From a bacterium (GTDB lineage: Bacteria > Hinthialibacterota > Hinthialibacteria > Hinthialibacterales > Hinthialibacteraceae), in assembly GCA_963663405.2 (NCBI GenBank), contig CAXXSM010000106.1, positions 1 through 64,000 of the forward strand: a stretch of 64,000 nucleotides of DNA, read 5' to 3'. A program made the position numbers and the translations under genes. Positions 33,009 to 43,494 of the stretch are shown here, one piece after another. The notes below the pieces were generated by a model, which saw only the letters and a list, made by a program, of their open reading frames with translations, did no database searches and was not told the DNA's origin. Within the stretch, counting starts at the first letter, position 1. Every line of letters starts with the position of its first letter.

Positions 33009-33665
33009 ATGAATATCCGGATTTTATTGGCGGATGACCACGAAGTGGTGCGGAAAGGCTTTCGATCCCTGTTGGAGAAACAAGCCGATTGTGAAGTGAT
33101 CGGGGAAGCGACAAATGGACTAGAAACGGTAATGATGGCGAAGGAATTGAATCCGGACGTTGTCGTGATGGATATTAGTATGCCGAAATTGAATGGAATT
33201 GAAGCGACACGCCAAATCAAAGCGCATAATTCTTCTATCAAAATCCTTGCTCTGTCCGTGCATTCGCGAGGATCGGTTGTAGGTCAGATTATACAGGCGG
33301 GCGCATCCGGCTATCTTCCGAAGAGCAGTTCTGTGAAAGAATTTTTGAAAGCCATCCATTCGATCATGCGTAATCGTACCTACATTAGCCCAAAAATCAT
33401 GGATTCTATGGTGGAATATCTTCAAGAAGAACCGGTTCCCAAAAAGATGTCATTGGACTTACTCACACCGCGAGAGCGAGAAGTGCTCGATTTGATCAAA
33501 AACGGAAAAACCACGAAAGAAATCAGCTCCATTCTTTACATCAGTGAAAAAACAGTCGAATCTCACCGCTATCAGATCATGCAGAAACTGGGAGTTCATA
33601 ATCTGGCGGAATTGATCAAATTCGCGATTCAGGAGGAGTTTGACATAGAAAACGGCGTTGATTAA
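33009..33665 (+). CDS. NarL/FixJ-family response regulator (REC + LuxR HTH)
   Basis: LLADDH, PDVVVMDISMP, GYLPK, LTPREREVL...ISEKTVESHR. Confidence 0.95.
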   Translation: MNIRILLADDHEVVRKGFRSLLEKQADCEVIGEATNGLETVMMAKELNPDVVVMDISMPKLNGIEATRQIKAHNSSIKILALSVHSRGSVVGQIIQAGASGYLPKSSSVKEFLKAIHSIMRNRTYISPKIMDSMVEYLQEEPVPKKMSLDLLTPREREVLDLIKNGKTTKEISSILYISEKTVESHRYQIMQKLGVHNLAELIKFAIQEEFDIENGVD

Positions 33666-33711
33666 AGCGCGTGAACTTTTTTTTGCATATTTCGATACAT
33701 TTACCAATGTA

Positions 33712-33990
33712 TCTTTTCAATTCCGTGACATAGAACCATCCTTTTCAGGGAATGTCCCTAGGGACATTCCCTGATCCTTCCAACGATTTTCTAAGGCTTT
33801 TCCCTTACTTGAAAATCAGTGATTTCCCTAATATTCAAAAGATTTCTTTTACATTATTGTATATCGATGTTTGATCGAGAAATGAAGCGCTATGAGAAAA
33901 ATGAAAATATTATTGGTTGACGATCATGCGCCGTTTCGCGAGGTCTTCCGAAAAATCCTTCAAACGAGCGTTTTGGTAGAAGAAATCCTC
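33712..33990 (+). repeat. Copy 1 of duplicated promoter + 5' part of REC gene
   Basis: Aligns with ~37172-37450 (GTGACATA, AACCATC, TTCCCTGATCCTT, TTCTAAGG, TTCCCTTACT, AAAATCAGTG, ATTATTGGTTGACGATCATG). Confidence 0.85.
33745..33831. promoter_or_regulatory. Putative NarL-family operator array
   Basis: Perfect 30-bp palindrome TCAGGGAATGTCCCTAGGGACATTCCCTGA (33745-33774), then TAAGG-N6-CCTTA and TCAGT-N6-CCTAA; lies just downstream of the regulator gene. Confidence 0.6.
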
Positions 33991-34305
33991 GAAGCCGAGA
34001 ACGGGGACACCGCTATTGTGATGACGAGAGATCATCAGCCGGATCTGATTTTCATGGATCTCGCGATGCCGAAGGATGGATTAAGCGCCACGAAAACGAT
34101 TCATCAAGGATGGCCTGATATCAAAATCGTGATTCTGACCGTTCACGCCAAGAAAAGTTTTGTAGAAAAAGCTATCGAATTTGGCGCGAGTGGCTATCTC
34201 ATTAAGAAAAGTGTAAAACAGGAATTGATTGAAGCGTTTAATTCAATCAAGAAAGGAGAACTGTACATCAGCCGAGAACTGAACAATTGGAAAGAAGAAG
34301 GGTAA
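33892..34305 (+). CDS. Stand-alone receiver-domain response regulator (NarL-like REC, no HTH)
   Basis: ILLVDDH, PDLIFMDLAMP, GASGYLIK; ends after YIS. Confidence 0.9.
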   Translation: MRKMKILLVDDHAPFREVFRKILQTSVLVEEILEAENGDTAIVMTRDHQPDLIFMDLAMPKDGLSATKTIHQGWPDIKIVILTVHAKKSFVEKAIEFGASGYLIKKSVKQELIEAFNSIKKGELYISRELNNWKEEG

Positions 34306-34556
34306 GAAGTTTACATGAAAAAGATGATGTATGTTTTCTTAATTCTTAAACATAATAGTTTTTAGGGGGGAATCTATTAGGAAGGGAGGTGGTAAATGAT
34401 CAAGCGAAACAATTCTTCAAGATGAAATGGGAAGCGTAAATAGGGTAATTAAAAAAGGCATAATCAAATTGATCCAAACGTTTAAATCTTGTTATCCATC
34501 ATCAATGATTAGGTAAATCACTGGTGAAAGACAAAAATCTTGTTAAGGAGAGTATC

Positions 34557-35480
34557 ATGAAAACATCAAAAACAATTCAAGCAATATACGGTCTATTTTT
34601 TCTTACACTTATTTTAACGGCGACTCATACGCAAGCGCAAGTCTATCCTACGTCTGATCCACGTCCGGACGCGTTGTATGGCGCGCCTCCTTCGCTTTTT
34701 GACACGTCAATGACAACCCTTATTCTATTTCGAAGCACGTATGAATCCCTACGGCAGTTGGTTCCTGAACCACTGGAAATACCAACGGATAATTTGGCTT
34801 GGGCTTATATGTTCGATCATCAGCTAACGGATTCATTTCGTTATTATGAGGGGGGAGTTACCATTCCAGTTACATTTCAAGATAAGAATGGCAATGTAAA
34901 AAGTGGATTATACGTTGCTTACATATATCTTGACACCCCGAATGTTATGGCGATTTCATGGGGACGGGAATTGTGGGGGTATCCGAAAAAAGACGCTTCC
35001 ATAACATATGATTATTCAACTCCTCTCGTATCCGCCACCATGAATCGTAAAGATGTGAATATCATGGAACTATCCGTGAATTTGGAGCAGATGATAGACG
35101 GGCCTATGTATTCTCTCTCGCCTGATGTTTATAACTTGAAATATATCCCTTCGATCAAAGAAGGCGCGCCGCCGGAAGTATTGCAACTTACAATATCACC
35201 TGTATTTAGTGAGACAGAATTTCCTCTATTCGAAGCCAATTTGACATTTTCTTCTTCCAGTCAGGATCATCTTGGCGATTACATTGTGATCGATGAAGTC
35301 ATTGGTGGAGTATTCTTCGAGTATCCAAATCTAGTGCTTGAAAACGGCGATATCCTTTTTAACTATCTAACAGAGGAGATACCCAATGAAGGATATCAAT
35401 TGGGACCTGATTTTAGATTGATGAAAAGTCAACAATCAGGTGTAGCAAACTGGCAAATGAATTACGAAAATAAAAATTAG
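34557..35480 (+). CDS. Secreted acetoacetate decarboxylase (ADC)-family protein
   Basis: Signal peptide ending AQA; LVPEPL, YYEGG, GRELWGYPKK (Schiff-base Lys motif), LKYIP. Confidence 0.8.
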   Translation: MKTSKTIQAIYGLFFLTLILTATHTQAQVYPTSDPRPDALYGAPPSLFDTSMTTLILFRSTYESLRQLVPEPLEIPTDNLAWAYMFDHQLTDSFRYYEGGVTIPVTFQDKNGNVKSGLYVAYIYLDTPNVMAISWGRELWGYPKKDASITYDYSTPLVSATMNRKDVNIMELSVNLEQMIDGPMYSLSPDVYNLKYIPSIKEGAPPEVLQLTISPVFSETEFPLFEANLTFSSSSQDHLGDYIVIDEVIGGVFFEYPNLVLENGDILFNYLTEEIPNEGYQLGPDFRLMKSQQSGVANWQMNYENKN

Positions 35481-35759
35481 TTGATTCTTTACTATTAAGC
35501 ATGGTTATAGCGGGGGAATTCTATGCCTTCTGCGTTGACTTAAGAACTTTCTCATTTTAATCATTGACTCTATCCGCGTCCTTATCCTAATTTAAGCTAA
35601 TCTCAATATCGTGTAAATAATCTGAGTTCTTCGATAAGTTTTATTTCGGATCAACTTAACCAATGATTCAACGATTTAAATCTTATGGCCTATTGATTAA
35701 ACTACTTTTTACTTAAAGGATTCATGTTCATACCATAGTAAAAAATAATGGAGAATCAA

Positions 35760-36761
35760 ATGATGAAGAACGCAACGCTGAATTGGCTACAAATTTTGTT
35801 TTTCACATTTTTCATCAGTTCCAATGCGTTTTCGCAAATCACAGCGGAACGGACAGTACCGGAACGTGGGTATTTCCCAGGCGTTTCTTTTCCAATAACA
35901 CTGACTATCAATACTGTTGGATCGTCCAAGGCGACTCTCATTGAAAAACCGCCGGCGGGATGGGGAATTTGCAGACTTTCCAAACGGGGTGATGTTATTG
36001 ATGGTGTAATAACGTGGGATCTGTCAACAAGAACTTATACAAATTATTCCATCACATACTTTGTTACGCCGCCGGAGACTGCGAACGGTGATGGAACGTT
36101 TTCAGGAACAATGAATGAACAAGAAATTTCCGGCATGACCACCGTGAAACAGGGAACGCCGGAACCTCTGGGAATATTCCAAAATCATGTGGATATTGGA
36201 TTTGTGGATTATAGCGAAGCGATTTATGACAGTGAATCAAAAGAGTATAAAATCACAGTCGGCGAATCCCCCAGAACATTCGATAATGGTCATTTCATCT
36301 ATCGCAAAATAGACGGAGATTTCTTGTTACAAGCGCATCTTCATGTAGAGAATGCTATTGAAGATTATGAAACCGTTGGACAATTGATGATTTGGGACAG
36401 CCTGGTCATAAACAACACTTATGCAGCCATGATTGAAAATAAACCCAATGGTGACTGCTATAGCGCTTGGGGCGAGATGACAGATTCAGGGGTTATTAGT
36501 CACGGTATTGGAGGCCCACGAGCATTGGCAAATAATTATGATGGAAGGTTGCGGATGGAGCGGAATGGCGATGTTCTCAGGACATACTACTTTGATACCC
36601 AGATCCAAGACTGGGGACTCGCGCTAGACGAACCCTTTTCTTTTAGTGATCCAGTTTATATTGGCTTTTTTGCGATGTCCTGGAATGGAGAAACGATATG
36701 CGCTTTTCAAAATGTGGAATTGACAACCCAATCATCGGTAAGCGAGTGGGAACTGTATTGA
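35760..36761 (+). CDS. Secreted two-domain beta-sandwich protein ending SSVSEWELY
   Basis: Signal peptide (AFS-Q); RTVP..EKPPAGW domain, then LGIFQNHVDIG..YRKIDGDF domain. Confidence 0.8.
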   Translation: MMKNATLNWLQILFFTFFISSNAFSQITAERTVPERGYFPGVSFPITLTINTVGSSKATLIEKPPAGWGICRLSKRGDVIDGVITWDLSTRTYTNYSITYFVTPPETANGDGTFSGTMNEQEISGMTTVKQGTPEPLGIFQNHVDIGFVDYSEAIYDSESKEYKITVGESPRTFDNGHFIYRKIDGDFLLQAHLHVENAIEDYETVGQLMIWDSLVINNTYAAMIENKPNGDCYSAWGEMTDSGVISHGIGGPRALANNYDGRLRMERNGDVLRTYYFDTQIQDWGLALDEPFSFSDPVYIGFFAMSWNGETICAFQNVELTTQSSVSEWELY

Positions 36762-37171
36762 ATCTTGAGAAATCAAAGATTAAATCCCGACTCACTTAAT
36801 GTACATTATGATCATTATTTAAGGTTGTTTTTTTTTAAAAGTGTATCAGGATAGGCACATGAATTGGTATGATTAAGATGATCATTTTGCAAAGCATGAT
36901 GAGATTTATTCGCCTCCCAAGACAGGCTGGAGTTTGAGGGGATCGAGAACCAATAGGACAATCCCATTCTTACTCTTTGTAGCCCGGCGTAAGCGCCGAT
37001 ACTTGCTTTTACTACCCACTCGTTTTTTTTATAAAATTATTGATATTTTATTAGTTACATACTCACTTACCTGTTGTACATTAAACACACACAGAATGTA
37101 AACGGCGATCGAAGCGTTTGATGGAAGACGCATAAACTATTATTACATATTGTGTTTCATATAGTGATATT

Positions 37172-37475
37172 TTCTTCAAATTCTGTGACATAAAACCATC
37201 TTTCTAAGGGAATCTACCTAGGGGTTTTCCCTGATCCTTTCAACGGTATTCTAAGGTCATTCCCTTACTCAAAAATCAGTGTTTTTCCTAATATTAAAAA
37301 GATATTTTTTGGACTATTGTACATCCAGGTCCGATCGAGAATGGAAGCGTCACGAGGAAAAAAAATATTATTGGTTGACGATCATGTGCCGGTTAGAGAA
37401 GCCTTCCGAAAATACTATAAAGTACTTTTGGGTGTAAGAAATCTTTTACGTTAAGAACAAAGACAATGCTGTTCA
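37172..37475 (+). repeat. Copy 2 of duplicated promoter with decayed REC-gene 5' fragment
   Basis: ATG replaced by ACG; KILLVDDHVPVREAFRK still readable, then frame lost. Confidence 0.8.
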
Positions 37476-37510
37476 AATAGAAATTTATAAAATAATAGGA
37501 GGAGATTAAT

Positions 37511-39878
37511 ATGTATCGTTCATGTTTTTCTTATCAGCTTTACTGTCTTTTAATCTGTACGCATTTGTTACTTTGCATCAATCGATCGATGGGGGAAGAA
37601 GTGTCTGCGGAAACATGCACATTCAGAGCACAATCGGTAGATCCTGATAATGTAATATGGTCCTATGATTTTTCCAATCCGGATCCCAGCGCGGATGGAA
37701 TCTTAATTACTTCACCTGGATTTCCATTAGGAATATTTTTTTCAAATCAGAATGTTCCCAGTGATCCCATCAATCTATTATCGGACGGCAAAACAGGAGC
37801 AATCACCGTCTCGAAGGGAGAAGGAGTATGCTTATTCTTCCCAGCGCAACCTGTTAATGAAGGAGGCGCGATTGTTCGTGTATCTATCCGGGCGAATGGT
37901 CCAGACGCAAATGTTTGCCTGGCGGCCATGGATACAAATCAACAGGATGGGCTTGGTGGAGTAGATGGATCGCTAGCAGGGCGTTTCCCCGCTAACACGG
38001 AAGCCTACCAAGATTGTTGGCGCCGGTTGGCTGTCTATATCGATTCGAACAAGAACGGGATTGTTCCCATTCTTCAAGTGGTCTCAGCCGGGAATGAATC
38101 TACAACCGTTTATATTGATAATTTTGAAGTGATCGCTCCAGGCCAGGATACAATCAATGAGATCAGTGATATTGGCCAATCGACTCTCGAACCGTCTTCG
38201 ATTTCTCTTTCTATCCCTTTATCCGATGTTCCCTGGGAATTCCGACGTCGCGCTATGCAGCTCTTGGTCGATATGAATTCCAGCGAAATGGCGTTGGGCT
38301 GGGATGAAAGCGTACAATTACATGATCAAGTAGTATCTTTTTTACCAACCCGGAATTGATGGAATCGCATATTATGAATTTTGTGTAGAACCAATTGGGA
38401 GCATTTTATTGTCGACTGGTCCCCACGATTATCCAATACCAGATTGGGATGGAAACAGCAGAATTCCGATGGGTAATTTGTTAATCGAGCAAGCGTTTGA
38501 AAACGGGGATATTGTAAAACGTTTATATAAATTGGACGCGTTTTGCTATGTGGCTGAAAATGAGAATGGTGAGATCGTTGGGCAAATTGGGGAACTGCCT
38601 CCAAAGATATCAGGCTTGAATTTGGAGTGGCTTGATTATCAAGATGTCGGAGTCGGCGAAACTAACATTTGGCCTGTGGAAATTACAGAAAACGACGAGA
38701 CGCTTCCGAGTGAGTATGTCCTGGAAGGAACAGAAACGCAATGGCCTCCCGTTTGGTGGTCCACTTGGGATTCATGGTACGATTTAAAGTCAAACTATCA
38801 AAACAGCTATCAGGTTTTATTAGAAAAACGGCGCCGTAACGCGGTGAAAGAATGGCGGATTGATGATTATGTCAAAGAAAGTGGAGAAGGATTAGTCGTT
38901 GACCAAGCTTTCAAGTTGTCTTTATTGTATCCAGATTCTTTTTACACCGTGGAAGGGGATGGCTCACAATACTGTGAATTCTCAATGATCAATAATGGTA
39001 AACAGACTTTGGCTTTGGTGATCGTTCCACAAAGTATCCCACCTCAAGAATCCAATTCATTTACTGTGAACATTAATCATTCAAATGGTGTGAATGAATC
39101 CTTTAAATTCTTCATTGTGGATGAAAATATAGTTGCAAATCAAGAACAGGAAGAAGAACTTCGTGTACAACAAAGCGCCCAAAAAACTTCTCTTCAATCA
39201 GTAAGTCCAAAAGGATATGGAAGTTGGAGTAACTGGACATATTATTGGGCGGGAACTCATGACGACCAACGCCTCTATGGGCAATTTAAAGTAAATGGAT
39301 GTTGGTCAGGATGTGGCGCGACGGCTTGGGCCATGCTTTTTTGCTGGGCGGATCATCAGGCATGGATCGGCAATTCCTATTGGGCTCCACGATGGGGACT
39401 CTATCTCGTGAATGGAGGAAAGTTTCCGAATGCGGATGCAGACGCTCCAAAATATCAGGATACGAGTGTCAATAAGATCATACTCGAGATTCGAGACTAT
39501 ATAGACACATTCTGTATTAGTGATAGTGGCGCTACTTGGCCTTGGAACATGAGCGACGCTTACAAATATTTTAATAATCGTACAGGGACAAAATTGTCTA
39601 CACATTTTAGCTACTTCGGTTTTTCTGATGACAGTTATCGAAATTACGCGATAAAGTCGATCCGTGATCGCAATACACCGGCTATTATTGGGATCGGCTG
39701 GCTGGAACACTATCCTCTCGCGTATGGATATAAATGGAGAAAACGTTATTACTATATCCTTGGTTATCAATTGTGGAGTTCCTATAACCGTGATTTTTAT
39801 GTAAATCAAGGGTGGTATGGAAGTGGAAATGGATGGGTCACAGCTGATACATGGTTCGCTGGAGAAATATATCCATAA
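37511..39878 (+). CDS. Secreted multidomain protein with C-terminal papain-fold (peptidase C10/streptopain-like) cysteine protease (frameshift ~38340)
   Basis: AGGAGG RBS, signal peptide; SGCGATAWAM, HYPLAYGY, FYVNQGWYG match the C10 Cys/His/NxGWxG layout. Confidence 0.7.
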
Positions 39879-39921
39879 TAGTTGTGATAAAATTGATATA
39901 CGAATAAGGAGATTAAAAAAA

Positions 39922-42900
39922 ATGAATATTAATCACCGCAATAATAAATTTTCAATACATATTATTATATGGATTTCATTAGTATTTCTTGTAACTATTT
40001 TCGTGAATTCATACGCCTTCACGATGGAAACCATTTCTGATAAAAATCAGAATGGTTCGTTTTCGTTTAATGATATAAATTCTACTCCGGAATTTATTAT
40101 AGGAGGAGGATCGTATAACGTAGAGGCAGGCTCAACATTCAATACGCCTATCCAAGTCACAAATCTTCCCAATACCAGTGCAATAAATTTTGAAGTTGAA
40201 TATGATCCCAAACCTGTTAACCTGGGAAAAAATAATTACGACTGATACCCTATTGGCGCCTTTGCAAATTGTCGCAGATCCACCGGTAAGTGGCTCTAGC
40301 AATAGACATTTGATAACGGCAAGTGGACTACTCACTTCTACGAGTGGAAGTGGAACACTTGTCTATATTACCTTTTCGATCAACAAAGACGCGCCTGATG
40401 GAGCATCCACACAACTCACTTTTCACAATTTAAAGAATGTATTAGCCGATGCGGAACCAACGCCAGTTGTTTTCCAGATTGAACGATCCACTCCATTGGA
40501 ACCAACAATTACACCAACTCCAGAGTCTACCAATACTCCTCCACCAACGGAGATTCACACACCAACTCCATTTCCTACTCTACCTTCGCCAACACAATCC
40601 GATTTAGGAATTTTTGATGGAAATGTTGATATAAACAATGGATTTTTAGGCGCATCGGGCAGCGCGTCTTTTGATGGTATGACATACACTGTCAATGGAA
40701 GTGGAAATGATGTCTGGGAAACAGCGGACGCCTGCCATTATCTTTATAAAGAAATGAGTGGTGACTTTGTCATAACAGCTGATGTAACGATAAGTGGAGG
40801 CGATCCTTTGCAAGAGTGGATTAAAGCGATGATGATGGCTAGACAGGATCTGACACCGGGATCGATATATATCTCCACGCGGGTACGAAGAGACGGTGAA
40901 TACAGTACGCAATGGAGGCAAGTCGCTGATTCAGAATCCGGATCCACGGATATAAGTTTGCGAGGCGCCGGACAAAATCCTGGCCGTTTGCGATTTGTCA
41001 AGCAAGGTAATCAATTTTCTACCATATACATCGATTCCAACGGGAAAGAAGTTATAGTGGACACAAACACGTTAGAACTCACCGATCCATACTATCTTGG
41101 ATTCGCCGTGACTTCCCATGAGACTGGAGCGCTCGCTACTGGAACCTTTAGCAATGTAGTACTGAAAGAACCGACTACAGAAGACAAAATCACTATTTTA
41201 CAAGAAAATTTTGAAGATGAAAAACTTGATTCCCGTATGTCAGTGATCACACTTGGTGAATATGAATCCAACAGCAATCCAGGTATTAAAAATATACAAA
41301 ACTTTGGCAGCCAGAAAGCCTTTGGATTTGGATTATCAACATGTGGCGCTGACTGCTGGGGTAAACATATCACAGCACTCAAAATAATATTTCCCACACC
41401 CGCAACCATTTCTGAGGTACATTTCAAGGAAATGGAATTGTATGGTAATTTCGGATCGAAAGGATTAATCTATATTGACGGAACCGAGTTGCCGAATAGC
41501 GAATTCGGCCGACTCCCCTATAATGATAATGTTTCTGACACTGAGTATCGTAATCATGAATTCATCATAAATAATACTGTGAGCGTAATTGAATTTAAAG
41601 TAGATGATATCACATTTGCCAGTGAAATCGTTATTGATGATCTGATGATCTATGGAGAAACGATACTTGATAATCTTGTTGACGTATCCCGTTCTTTTAC
41701 ACCTGCCGAATACACATCAGGAGATCCATGCAAAGTAAAACTGTCTATTTCAATTGAATCGGGAACGACTCTTGAAGGATTGACAATCGAAGAGATGATT
41801 CCAGCAGGGATCGAGCCAACACAAATTAGTCACGGTGGAAATTATATCTCCTCGGAAAGAATTATTCGTTGGTTTTTCCTTGATGATATGACGAACGCTA
41901 CAGTAGAATATACAGTAGTAACCTCTTTTGGATATGAGGGATCTTATACAATTAATGGAAATGCAAAATTTATCATTGATGGCGCGCATAAAGAAATATC
42001 TATTGGAGGTCAAAATGTACTTTTCCACGCTGATTCGACACATCCTATCGATACCAACAACGATTTTGTAATATCTACAGAAGAATTGCTTTCTGGCGCG
42101 TCAAGTTGGAAACAGGGCAATCCCTCCCCGAGTACAGATGAACTTCTTTCCGCTGCAATGATATGGAAAAACGGAGGAGAATACACCGTTGACCAGAATG
42201 GAAAATACGTTACCAGTGATTCCGTCTCCGGGAAGGTTCTCACTAGAGAGATTGTGCGTCCACTTCAATCCAGTGTCCAAGCGGTACGATCCTTGCCATC
42301 GATCTTTGCTTCAGGGACTGCATCCAAAGTAACGATTTCACTCTCCACTACTGGAGATGTGGACGCTTTGACGGTGGAGGAGACAGTGCCGCCAGGTTGG
42401 TTGGTGAGTGAGATAAGTACAGAAGGTAGTTACATCCCGTCTACTAATACAATTCGTTGGTTCCTTCTTTCTGGATTTAATACTGATCTATCGTATAGAA
42501 TCACTCCAAGTACCGCATTACAGACCGATTTCAATGGATCCTTGAAATGGATATCCGGGAGTTCACAAAATGATGCAATTATTCAGGGAGACACCACCGC
42601 TTCGTTTGACACTGATGGTACAATATATACTCCAACTCCAACACCAACTCAAACACCTACACAAGAATCGTATGTTTTTATCTATGACAATCCCGATGAT
42701 ATGACATATGATATCACAGGTGAAACAGACTTTGACACATTAGATAATCGCAATCTTACGATTCATTGCACTGGGGATCAAACTGGAGCGGTCGACTGGC
42801 ATTTTTACGTACGGCGTGGCTTTGGAGGTATGAAATACCTAGGTCGATCGGGGAATGGCGGAAATCCAACCTTTAATTGGTATGAAGGTACGAGTTCGGT

Positions 42901-43462
42901 TTTGGTCTCTGAATTTGCTAATGGACCTGATGTGAATTCGATTTATACGTTCAAGATCGTAAGAATTGATGATTCTCTGGGGCCAGACGATTTTTATAGG
43001 ATGATTGCGCCTGTAGGATTCAATGTGGAGGGGGGGAACGCTTTAGTCTTGTCACAACCAGCGATGCCCAATCTTGATCCAGGACAAGTCTGGATATGCG
43101 ACGATATCCTTGGTCTTAAGAACTTAGTTCCAATGGATGGAACTGGGAACGATGTGGATCCATCAAATTGGCGTGCGATCCAGATCGCTTGGAATTTCGA
43201 TGTGGATCCGTCTACGGTAAACGGCTATCAAGTTTACGTCAGCGTAGATGGAGCAAAGGAAGAATTTATGGGACTTACAATGAGTGGCGCCATTAATTAT
43301 TTCTGGTGGACACCGACAACCGAATTCACGACAATGTCAAATTACATTGACGGTCCACAAAGTGGACATAGTTACCAATTTACAATCTACTTAATGCCCC
43401 TAGAAGATGGTGTAATCCAAAGTATGACCAGTGGAACCTTGTTTTATTCAGTAGAAGATTAA
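39922..43462 (+). CDS. Large secreted modular protein: cohesin-like, Pro/Thr linkers, beta-sandwich domains, EF-hand/dockerin-like loop (frameshift ~40215)
   Basis: FEVEYDP..GSGTLVYITF (cohesin-like), PTPT linkers, LGIFDGNVDI domain, two RS..G...V.LS..EE..P.G domains, IDTNNDFVISTEEL. Confidence 0.75.
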
Positions 43463-43494
43463 TACAGAATCATGTAACCGAAAAGGAGATTCCA

